A program made the translations under genes and the position numbers. From Euryarchaeota archaeon UBA242 (GTDB lineage Archaea; Thermoplasmatota; Poseidoniia; Poseidoniales; Poseidoniaceae), in contig DAJY01000100.1 of the NCBI GenBank assembly GCA_002499015.1, positions 10,768 through 48,446 of the forward strand: a stretch of 37,679 nucleotides of DNA, in the 5' to 3' direction. This document shows, one piece after another, positions 7,820 through 15,901 of the stretch. Numbering within the stretch: the stretch's first letter is position 1; each line of letters starts with the position of its first letter. The notes beneath the pieces are model-generated. The model saw nothing but the letters and a program-made list of their open reading frames with translations. It had not been told where the DNA came from and did not search any database.

Positions 7820-9034
7820 ATGACACAGCAATTGTGGGACGTTGTCATTGTCGGCGCAGGTCCAATAGGTGGTCGTTGTGCTACTTTATTGGCTGAAAGA
7901 GGTCACTCTGTGTTATTGCTAGAAGAACACAATGAAATTGGTCGTCCATTTCAATGTGCTGGATTGGTTAATCCAAGAGCAATGAGATCTGTATCATTGG
8001 AAGATACTATTCTTCAGGAAATTGATGGGGCACTAATACATGGGCCAAGCGGAACTTTAGTGCCTGTCGGAGAAAAAAATAATCCACGGACATATGTTGT
8101 ATGTCGCAAGAGATTTGATCAAGGTGTTGTTCAGCAATCTTTACAAGCCGGTGCAGAAATTTGGCTTAATTCAATGCCAGTAGATGCTTCAGTTGATGTC
8201 GATGAAGTGAAATTAACAATCAATAAAGATAACGAGATTATTGAATTGAAATGTAAACTATTACTCGGATGTGACGGTGCTCACTCATGGACTAGAAGAT
8301 ATTTCAAAATGGGTAAACCTAAAGAATTAATGATTGGTTTTCAAGTAGAAGTTGTAGGCTATCAAAGCGATGATAGATGGCTAGAAATGTATAGCGGTTC
8401 TAAAATTGCTCCAGGTTTTTTTGCATGGGTTATACCTTCTGGTTTCGATACTCACAGAATTGGAATATGGTCAACTGCTGAACATTTGAACGGTCGTTCG
8501 GTTGAACAGTGCTATCACGATTTAATCAATCACCCCCTCTGGGCTGAAAGGTTTAGGGACATTCAAGAAACTGCAAGATACTGCGGACCGATACCATGTG
8601 GGATGGTAAAGAATCCCGTTAAAAATAGAGTTATGCTAATCGGAGACGCAGCTGGTATGTCAAAACCTACTACCGGAGGAGGTATCGGCCCAGGATTCAA
8701 ACAGATTGAGATGATTATCGGTGAACTTTCAACAGCGATTAACAATAATCAATTATCCCAAAAGCAATTACAAAAAATTACTTCTAAAAAGTGGCATGAA
8801 ATGAAAAGAACTCAGGATAAAGCAAGAGCATTAAGGGATTTATTAGTTAGTAATTGCACTGATGAAGAGTTAGATATTCACTTTGAGAATTTTTCTAAGC
8901 CTGAAGTTTTACAATTAATTAACTCAGTTGGAGATATTGAAAAACCAGTTACATTAGGAATGGCACTATTAAAAAAGGTACCTGCTTTCCGAAAACTTGC
9001 TCTAAAGGCCGGTGTCAAATTATTATTTACATGA
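7820..9034 (+). CDS. Geranylgeranyl reductase family FAD-dependent oxidoreductase
   Basis: An N-terminal dinucleotide-binding motif DVVIVGAGPIGG...LLLEE, then GCDGAHSWTRR and LIGDAAGMSKPTTGGGI, as in archaeal digeranylgeranylglycerophospholipid reductase and ChlP-family enzymes. The length is about 400 aa. Confidence 0.85.
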   Translation: MTQQLWDVVIVGAGPIGGRCATLLAERGHSVLLLEEHNEIGRPFQCAGLVNPRAMRSVSLEDTILQEIDGALIHGPSGTLVPVGEKNNPRTYVVCRKRFDQGVVQQSLQAGAEIWLNSMPVDASVDVDEVKLTINKDNEIIELKCKLLLGCDGAHSWTRRYFKMGKPKELMIGFQVEVVGYQSDDRWLEMYSGSKIAPGFFAWVIPSGFDTHRIGIWSTAEHLNGRSVEQCYHDLINHPLWAERFRDIQETARYCGPIPCGMVKNPVKNRVMLIGDAAGMSKPTTGGGIGPGFKQIEMIIGELSTAINNNQLSQKQLQKITSKKWHEMKRTQDKARALRDLLVSNCTDEELDIHFENFSKPEVLQLINSVGDIEKPVTLGMALLKKVPAFRKLALKAGVKLLFT

Positions 9035-10186
9035 GTGTTAGAAATGGGTTTATTAGAAGTACAACATTTGGTCAAATACCCTCCATTTGAGGCTCATCGA
9101 TTAGTCGCATCGGAGTTACCAATCTCAAAGAATAATAAAATTCTAGTAGATGATATTGACCAAAAACAGGCTCTGGAAATTGTTTCAAAATCAATTCCAA
9201 GTTTCAAAATAGGAGAAAAATCTAGTTGGTTGATAGAGCGAAGATATTTATTTGATGGAAATACAATCAAGAATGAAATCTATGATTATGGCATCGAGGA
9301 CGATTCAGATTGGCCAATAATTGTAGAAAGGCAGCGCAGTGGGTGGTACTTGACCCCTCATCCGATTCATGCAACTGCTAGAAAATTCATCAATGGGGTA
9401 GTTTATGTGCTACTGTTTTCACTCCTATATTTGTTCATTGAACCTTTGTTAAATTCCACAGGGGTGCCCGGAATCGGAACTGAAACTGTTCGTATCGGAC
9501 TACTTGATTATCCGTTACTGGCATTGGTGGTAGGGCCGCTCTTTTTAATTCCTCTCGGATTACGTGTTGCAGCAAATTTCAGCGATTTACAAAAGCAAAA
9601 ACGATTCCTCAACAATCGACCTTTGATTCCAAAAATAGAAATTATCGGTGATGCAGTTGCTGATAAAAATTTGAAGTTAAAGGTTAAATTTAGTAAAATA
9701 TATGATGACTGGAAATCAATTTCTGTTTATTGGAGAGTAGGTGCCCTACCTCCAGCTAGGGATGCCGTTTTTTCTGCTTTGAATCGTACTATTGAAGGGC
9801 AACCACCTCCCGGATTAACTACCAAACTACCTCATCATTGGGAAGTCGGTTTGGATGATGGCACCGGAGCAGGAGAAGATGCTCCAATGCAGCGACAAGG
9901 GGTGCAAGGTGGGCTATTTTTACGCCCTATGCGCGTTATGCAATCTGGTGGCAAAGTTGAACATAGTGAAGGTGAAATGGTTCTTGATAATCCTCAGAAC
10001 TCATGGCCGGGAACCACAATAACCCCTCTTGTAAGAATTCATTGGGAAATTGTAGTTCAAATTGAAAGAGAAAATGAAGGCCCCTTGTTGTGGGTCGAAC
10101 CACTTAGAGTGAAACATTCTTCTGAACATGTTGAGCAGAAGACTTTGATGGTCAATGACGGTAGAACTGAGTCCAATATCTTTTGA
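9035..10186 (+). CDS. Hypothetical membrane protein (two central TM helices, beta-rich C-terminal domain)
   Basis: A GTG at 9035 directly follows the reductase stop (TGAGTG), and ATG 9044 is an alternative start. Hydrophobic segments VVYVLLFSLLYLFIEPLL and LLALVVGPLFLIPLGL are present. I recognise no family motif. Confidence 0.6.
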   Translation: MLEMGLLEVQHLVKYPPFEAHRLVASELPISKNNKILVDDIDQKQALEIVSKSIPSFKIGEKSSWLIERRYLFDGNTIKNEIYDYGIEDDSDWPIIVERQRSGWYLTPHPIHATARKFINGVVYVLLFSLLYLFIEPLLNSTGVPGIGTETVRIGLLDYPLLALVVGPLFLIPLGLRVAANFSDLQKQKRFLNNRPLIPKIEIIGDAVADKNLKLKVKFSKIYDDWKSISVYWRVGALPPARDAVFSALNRTIEGQPPPGLTTKLPHHWEVGLDDGTGAGEDAPMQRQGVQGGLFLRPMRVMQSGGKVEHSEGEMVLDNPQNSWPGTTITPLVRIHWEIVVQIERENEGPLLWVEPLRVKHSSEHVEQKTLMVNDGRTESNIF

Positions 10187-10234
10187 TGCCTGTCATGCAA
10201 CACATTGAAGAGTTGCCTTAAACCATGCAAATGC

Positions 10235-13200
10235 ATGGGCAATCAGCGTACTACTGCGGTAATATTAATTTTCGTGATGTTGAGCGCTGGTTGTTTCGGT
10301 GCTGTAGATGATGTCGCCGAGGAAGAGAAAGCCCCTGTAGTCAATGAATTGAGTCTCAGCGTACTGTTTATTGAAGCGCAATCGAGTGCATTATTAGGAG
10401 AGATAGTGAGTCTTCAAATTTCAGTTCAAAGTCAAGGAGAAGGAAATTGGGTCCCATCTGTATCAATTTATCCCAATACTGAATTTGCGATTACGGTATC
10501 AAAGGATCTTGTAGACATTGTTTTCATGCCTAGTGAAGTTGTTGACTACAATGTTACTGTGACTTTTGAAGGGTTTGATACTACGATTATTGGTGGCCCA
10601 GTTACAATTACTCAAGTGATACAAATTTCACCTCCTGTTGAAGGTGCACCAATATTGAATGCCCCATCCTTAATCTTGTTAGAGGATTCAGGATTAACAT
10701 GGGTTTCAGGCTCGATTACACATGATTACTTGGATAGTTGTTCCTTGAGTTACTCGAGCGAGGATGATCAAGGTCAAGTCGATGTGAAATCAGATGGTTC
10801 TTGGAAATTACTTACTGAACTATACGAAGGAGTTACTGATATTACAATCACTTTTGTTGCAACATGTGGAAAATGGGCAATACTCACGGACACTTCAACT
10901 ACTACCATTATCGTTGAAAATGCAGGAACTGATGCTGATGGCGATGGAATCCTAGATGAGAATGATAACTGCCCTAATGGCATTGGTGAAGCAGAGGGTT
11001 GGATTTCTTCTACTACAGAAGATATCGATTCTGATGGTTGTAGGGACCGTGATGAGGATGATGATGACGATAACGATGGGATTGATGATATCAAAGACAA
11101 TTGCCCAGATTCTGTCGGTTGGAAAAGTACCTTAGATGCAGATTACGATCAAGATGGGTGCCATGATGAATCTTTTGATTTGGATGATGATGGAGATGGA
11201 GTTAATGATTTAGACGATTCCTGTCCGATGGGACTAACTGGATGGACTTCTAATCTATACAGTGATTGGGATGGCGATGGATGTTCTGATTTAGATGAAG
11301 ATGATGATGATGACAACGACCAAAGAAATGATACTATTGATTCATGTTCTAAGGGATTAACCTCTTGGATTAGAGATGAATTGAATGATTTTGATAATGA
11401 CGGATGCTTTGATAGTTCCGAGGATGATGATGATGATAATGATGGAATAAGTGACTACAATTCAACTGGTGCAATATTAGACCTTTGCCCACGAACTCCA
11501 TTATCAGGCATTGATGTTGACGAAGATGGTTGTGCATCGATTGAGAGAGATAGCGATTCTGATGGAGTCCTAGATTTCTATGATATGTGCGAGGGTACTC
11601 CTGCCAACATTGTAGTAAACGCAGTTGGATGTGCCGATATCGATGATGATGGTGTATTTTCAAACGTAGATATTTGTCCTGATACACCTCAACGTTGGAC
11701 TGCAAATAGTTCTGGTTGTGCAGTTATTCAACAACCAATTACTTGGAACACAGCAACTTCTTTGAATGGACCTATGCAAATAGTTCCTCATTTCAGCATT
11801 CCTACTTTAGATGGAACATTCTATTTTGAACAGCAATGGTCGGGAGAAGATGTTTACTTATTTATGTTCAAATATACAAATGGTGATGGAAGTTCCAATT
11901 CTGCCACATGGGGACAGAATCCTGGAAAATTGATTCGCGCTCTTCCAGATAATACTCACTTGTTCTATGGCTCCTTTGACTCAACATTCCACAATGATGT
12001 AACACAACAAAAATCTTCTGTACTCGCAGCACTAAATCCATCAGAGGAAACAAAATGGCAAGATCGAATCCACTATATTGACCAACGTGCAAGTAGTATA
12101 GGTGGAGGATTGGGTCAAATGATTAATTCATTCAATAATCCAGTATACATGGGAATTGACCGATTCCAACTTTCTCGTGAAGTGGGTTCATTCTATGATT
12201 GGCCAACTCAATCTAACGACCCAAGTCATATTGCATTTGAACCAGTCCAATGGAATGTTGAATTTCCAACTAAAGTGAGAGAATTAGACCCAGCTGTTGA
12301 AGTTGTAACAATTATGGATTTTCAAAACCATGCTGGTGGATGGAGTGGTGGATTCAGCAGTTTTTCAAATGCAACATTTGACTTAACAAATAACATCAGT
12401 TCATATGACACGCTGGAAGTATTTCATGAGCATGCTTGCCCTGATAGGGAAAATAGGCATAGCAATTCCGACGGTAGTTCAGGTGGTTGCCACGAATGGG
12501 ATTATCTTGCTAATCTCTATATCTGTAATGCTCAAAATAGTTCAGTGTGTAATACTGAAATAATGCGATGGATTACTACATATGGACGTGAAGGAATGTG
12601 GTTAACCGATATTTCACCATACTTGTTCATGATAGATGATGGGGATGATAGACGATTCAAATATGGTGGTGCCAATAAGGGAGATTTAACAGTTAAATTT
12701 CTCTTCAGTAATTGGGGAAGTGGTGAGCGTTCATATGAGGCTGACTACGCATTCTCAGGTGGCCAATTTGATGGAACTTATAATAACGAATCTAAATATA
12801 ATAGACAACTGAATTTCACTGTGCCTTCATGGGCTACTAAAGTCTCATTAGTTGCAACGATTACAGGACACGGTTTCAATAAAGATGCTGCTAATTGCGC
12901 TGAGTTTTGTGATCATGAACATCACTATTACATGAATGGAAGCCACACCTATGAATGGCATCCAGTTGCTCATAATCAGGCCAATGGATGCAAGGTTGAA
13001 ATCTCCAATGGCGTAGTTGCTAATCAATACGGTTCTTGGCCATATGGTCGAGCCGGTTGGTGTGCTGGTCAAGATGTAAAGCAGTGGACCTACGACATCA
13101 CTTCATGGAGTAACATGGATGGTGGAAATAATCATCTAACCTACAGAGGCTTGTACAATGGTCAAGAATATACTCCAAGCGAAAATATTGGAAATGGTCA

Positions 13201-13252
13201 ACGTGAGATTAGAGCTGTAATCTATGTGGTCTATTCTGCCCCAACTATCTAG
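10235..13252 (+). CDS. Secreted multidomain protein: signal peptide with lipobox-like SAGC, TSP3-like acidic Cys-framed repeats, and a C-terminal PNGase F-like (peptide-N-glycosidase F) domain
   Basis: The N-terminus is MGNQRTTAVILIFVMLSAGC. The C-terminal ~320 aa align motif by motif with Flavobacterium PNGase F:
- CHEWDYLANLYI against CDEWDRYANVYV
- EIMRWITTYG against EIGRFITPYW
- ATITGHGFNKDAANCAEFC against TTISGWGH...RGCAEWC
- GSWPYGRAGWCAG against GNWAPDRAGWCPG

The ORF track starts at TTG 10205; the first in-frame ATG is 10235. Confidence 0.8.
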   Translation: MGNQRTTAVILIFVMLSAGCFGAVDDVAEEEKAPVVNELSLSVLFIEAQSSALLGEIVSLQISVQSQGEGNWVPSVSIYPNTEFAITVSKDLVDIVFMPSEVVDYNVTVTFEGFDTTIIGGPVTITQVIQISPPVEGAPILNAPSLILLEDSGLTWVSGSITHDYLDSCSLSYSSEDDQGQVDVKSDGSWKLLTELYEGVTDITITFVATCGKWAILTDTSTTTIIVENAGTDADGDGILDENDNCPNGIGEAEGWISSTTEDIDSDGCRDRDEDDDDDNDGIDDIKDNCPDSVGWKSTLDADYDQDGCHDESFDLDDDGDGVNDLDDSCPMGLTGWTSNLYSDWDGDGCSDLDEDDDDDNDQRNDTIDSCSKGLTSWIRDELNDFDNDGCFDSSEDDDDDNDGISDYNSTGAILDLCPRTPLSGIDVDEDGCASIERDSDSDGVLDFYDMCEGTPANIVVNAVGCADIDDDGVFSNVDICPDTPQRWTANSSGCAVIQQPITWNTATSLNGPMQIVPHFSIPTLDGTFYFEQQWSGEDVYLFMFKYTNGDGSSNSATWGQNPGKLIRALPDNTHLFYGSFDSTFHNDVTQQKSSVLAALNPSEETKWQDRIHYIDQRASSIGGGLGQMINSFNNPVYMGIDRFQLSREVGSFYDWPTQSNDPSHIAFEPVQWNVEFPTKVRELDPAVEVVTIMDFQNHAGGWSGGFSSFSNATFDLTNNISSYDTLEVFHEHACPDRENRHSNSDGSSGGCHEWDYLANLYICNAQNSSVCNTEIMRWITTYGREGMWLTDISPYLFMIDDGDDRRFKYGGANKGDLTVKFLFSNWGSGERSYEADYAFSGGQFDGTYNNESKYNRQLNFTVPSWATKVSLVATITGHGFNKDAANCAEFCDHEHHYYMNGSHTYEWHPVAHNQANGCKVEISNGVVANQYGSWPYGRAGWCAGQDVKQWTYDITSWSNMDGGNNHLTYRGLYNGQEYTPSENIGNGQREIRAVIYVVYSAPTI
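10931..11718 (+). repeat. Coding tandem array of about seven thrombospondin type 3-like calcium-binding modules
   Basis: A roughly 40-47-aa period repeats. Example units are CPNGIGEAEGWISSTTEDIDSDGCRDRDEDDDDDNDGIDDIKDN, CPDSVGWKSTLDADYDQDGCHDESFDLDDDGDGVNDLDDS and CPMGLTGWTSNLYSDWDGDGCSDLDEDDDDDNDQRNDTIDS. At the DNA level these are GAT/GAC-rich stretches. Confidence 0.75.
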
Positions 13253-13255
13253 TAA

Positions 13256-14446
13256 TTACTGAATAGGGGTTGGCGCTTTCATAGAGGATACTTCTGCTGT
13301 TAGAATGGAAGTCGGAAGTAGATTGTAGTCTGAATCTCTCTTCTTAGGTTGGAATCCTGCCCTAAAGATTACATCTTGTAATTCTTCTTCACTTGCGCTT
13401 AGTTTTGTAGTACCAGATGCGGAAACAACGTTTTCTTCCATCATGGTAGAGCCAACATCATTAGCACCACCTAGTAATGCCATTTGGGCTACTGCGACAC
13501 CCATTGTTGGCCAGGAAGATTGAATGTTTTCAATATTATCAAGGAAAAGTCTAGATACCGCTACATGGCGAAGATATTCACTTGAACCTGCACCTAATTC
13601 GAATTTGTTTTGCCCTTTATTGCGTCTTCCAAAACTGTTTACTTCTAGTTGAACTGGCCAAGCGATAAATGATGTAAATCCAATATTGTATTGTTGCAAA
13701 GATTGGTCTTGTAATTCTCTTAATCTAAGCATATGTTCGACTCTCTCAATCGCACCTTCACCGAAACCAAACACATTAGTGGCACTAGTAGTTAACCCAA
13801 TGGATTGGGCTTCTTGCATAACTCTAAGCCAATTCTTAGGAAGACCTTTTTTTGGAGAAACATCATTTCTAACTGACTCAACCAGCATTTCTGCTCCACC
13901 ACCAGGAAGCCCATGCATTCCAACAGATTGGAATTGTTTGAGAACTTCAAGGGTCGTCAAACCGCTAACTTCTGCAATACCTTCAATTTCAATAGGTGAA
14001 AAACAATCTAGGTCAATAGTTGGGTGATTTGTTACTAGTGAAGTAATTAAGTCCTGATACCATTTTATCGGCAACTCAGGATTTACGCCACCTTGCATCA
14101 AAATTCTACTTCCACCAATTTGTTCCAATTCCACTATCCTTGCGCTAATCTCTTCAAAGGTTTGAGTATATGTTTCCGGATGGTTTGGAGGACGATAGAA
14201 AGAACAGAATTGACAATTTATTGTACAGACATTTGTATAATTTATATTTCTGTCAATCAGGTAAGTTACATTTCCTTCAGGGTGCATTGATTTTCTTCTA
14301 GCCATTGCCGCAGCCATTAATTGGTGCAATGGAGCGTTGTCATACAGTTCAATCGCCTGTTCAGGAGTCAATCTATATTCAGAACTGTTAGTTTTTGACC
14401 AATCGGCCTGTTGCTTTAATATCTGAACCCAATCCAAACGATTCAC
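13256..14446 (-). CDS. Radical SAM enzyme of the CofH/MqnC/MqnE family (probably futalosine-pathway menaquinone biosynthesis)
   Basis: DRNINYTNVCTINCQFCSFYR (CxxxCxxC cluster in the family-typical NINYTNVC context), preceded by LTPEQAIELYDNAPL and followed by GGSRILMQGGVNP. The GTG start abuts the pepP stop (TAGGTG). I cannot tell MqnE from MqnC or CofH by eye. Confidence 0.8.
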   Translation of the reverse strand: MNRLDWVQILKQQADWSKTNSSEYRLTPEQAIELYDNAPLHQLMAAAMARRKSMHPEGNVTYLIDRNINYTNVCTINCQFCSFYRPPNHPETYTQTFEEISARIVELEQIGGSRILMQGGVNPELPIKWYQDLITSLVTNHPTIDLDCFSPIEIEGIAEVSGLTTLEVLKQFQSVGMHGLPGGGAEMLVESVRNDVSPKKGLPKNWLRVMQEAQSIGLTTSATNVFGFGEGAIERVEHMLRLRELQDQSLQQYNIGFTSFIAWPVQLEVNSFGRRNKGQNKFELGAGSSEYLRHVAVSRLFLDNIENIQSSWPTMGVAVAQMALLGGANDVGSTMMEENVVSASGTTKLSASEEELQDVIFRAGFQPKKRDSDYNLLPTSILTAEVSSMKAPTPIQ

Positions 14447-15844
14447 CTACTCGAAGTCTTTTCCAATCAATGATTCCAAATCTAAAATGGTTTTAGGGCA
14501 ATCTTTGGTTAATACATCTGGACCAGTAGAAGTGACAAGAACATCATCCTCTATACGGATACCAATATTTGCATATCTTTCAGGGCAATCAATATCTGGT
14601 CTCCAAGCTCCAAAATAGAGTCCAGGTTCAACGGTTAGACACATTCCCTCTTCGAGTAAGCGCGCTTCGCCATTCGGTTTGTATATTCCAACATCGTGGA
14701 CATCCAAACCAATCCAGTGGCCAGTATTATGCATGTACCACATTCTGAGTTGGCCATTTTCCATGCATAGAGCTTCATCTAAAGTTTGAGTAATAATACC
14801 TAGTTCAATCAGCCCTTCTGCTAGAATTTTTCTAGCAGCCTCATGAGGGGCGTTGTATGGCCTTCCTACTCGGCACTCGTCAATCGCTGCTAATTGTGCA
14901 TTGAGAACTAGTTGATAAATCTCTTTCTGAGGGGTGGTGAACTTTCCATTTATTGGCCAAGAACGTGTGATATCTGCAGCATAGCCGTTGTATTCTGCAC
15001 CTGCATCGATCAATATAATCTCGCCATCTTGACAGATGTCATCATTTACAGTATAGTGTAAAACAGTTGCATTTTCTCCACAACCTACTATTGAAGGATA
15101 AGCCCATCCACTTGTTCCAGCGTAAGAAAAGAAGCCCTCGATTACCGATTGTAATTGGTACTCTCTTCTGCCAACTGCGGAATGACGCATTGAGATCTCG
15201 TGAGCGAGTGAACTAATTTGTGATGCATGGCGCATTTGAGATATTTCTGCAGCAGATTTTCTTAATCTCAGTTCTGCAATTTTTGCTGATGGGTCTTCAA
15301 TAGAGATTGGGCCATTTCCGAACTGTTGCCGACCTCTATCTCTCCTTTCAATAGCATCGTTGACCATATTATCCACCAATGAATTGATACCACTTCTATG
15401 CAAGATTCGATTTGCTTTAGCAATCATTTGTGCTAACAGTGTGGATGCGTCTTCTATTGAATGTGCAAAATCGATTGCCCATCCTTTTAATGCACCCTCA
15501 ACACCCTCTCTTCGACCTTCCCATATCTCTTTGAGCGTATCTTTTGGTTGGACAAATAATGTAACTATCCATGATTTTCCATCATTATGCGCTGTCAATA
15601 TAGATTCTGGGTCCTTCCACCCGGATAAATAAAGCATGTCGCTACTACTACGGTAAGGGTAATGGACATCATTGGAACGAGTAGATTCCATGTTTGGGCA
15701 AATAATTAACAGGTCATCAGGTCTTAACTGTGACATCAATCTTCTTTGCCGAGAACGAAACTCATCGATGCTAATAGCTGCAGGTTTTTCACCAATCTGC
15801 AACATAGCCGTCTCGAACATAATGACAGCCAAGGGCCACCCCAT
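14447..15844 (-). CDS. pepP: Xaa-Pro aminopeptidase (M24B, PepP-like)
   Basis: It has the aminopeptidase P N-terminal domain and metal-ligand motifs: LIDAGAEYNGYAADITR, HNTGHWIGLDVHDVG, TVEPGLY and GIRIEDDVLVT. The start is uncertain. The ORF track uses TTG 15877; in-frame ATGs lie at 15844, 15820 and 15805. Confidence 0.85.
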   Translation of the reverse strand: MGWPLAVIMFETAMLQIGEKPAAISIDEFRSRQRRLMSQLRPDDLLIICPNMESTRSNDVHYPYRSSSDMLYLSGWKDPESILTAHNDGKSWIVTLFVQPKDTLKEIWEGRREGVEGALKGWAIDFAHSIEDASTLLAQMIAKANRILHRSGINSLVDNMVNDAIERRDRGRQQFGNGPISIEDPSAKIAELRLRKSAAEISQMRHASQISSLAHEISMRHSAVGRREYQLQSVIEGFFSYAGTSGWAYPSIVGCGENATVLHYTVNDDICQDGEIILIDAGAEYNGYAADITRSWPINGKFTTPQKEIYQLVLNAQLAAIDECRVGRPYNAPHEAARKILAEGLIELGIITQTLDEALCMENGQLRMWYMHNTGHWIGLDVHDVGIYKPNGEARLLEEGMCLTVEPGLYFGAWRPDIDCPERYANIGIRIEDDVLVTSTGPDVLTKDCPKTILDLESLIGKDFE

Positions 15845-15901
15845 TTTCAACCGTTGCACTGTTAGAATTATCTTCAAGAGATTTATTGGCCAAATATCCT
15901 C

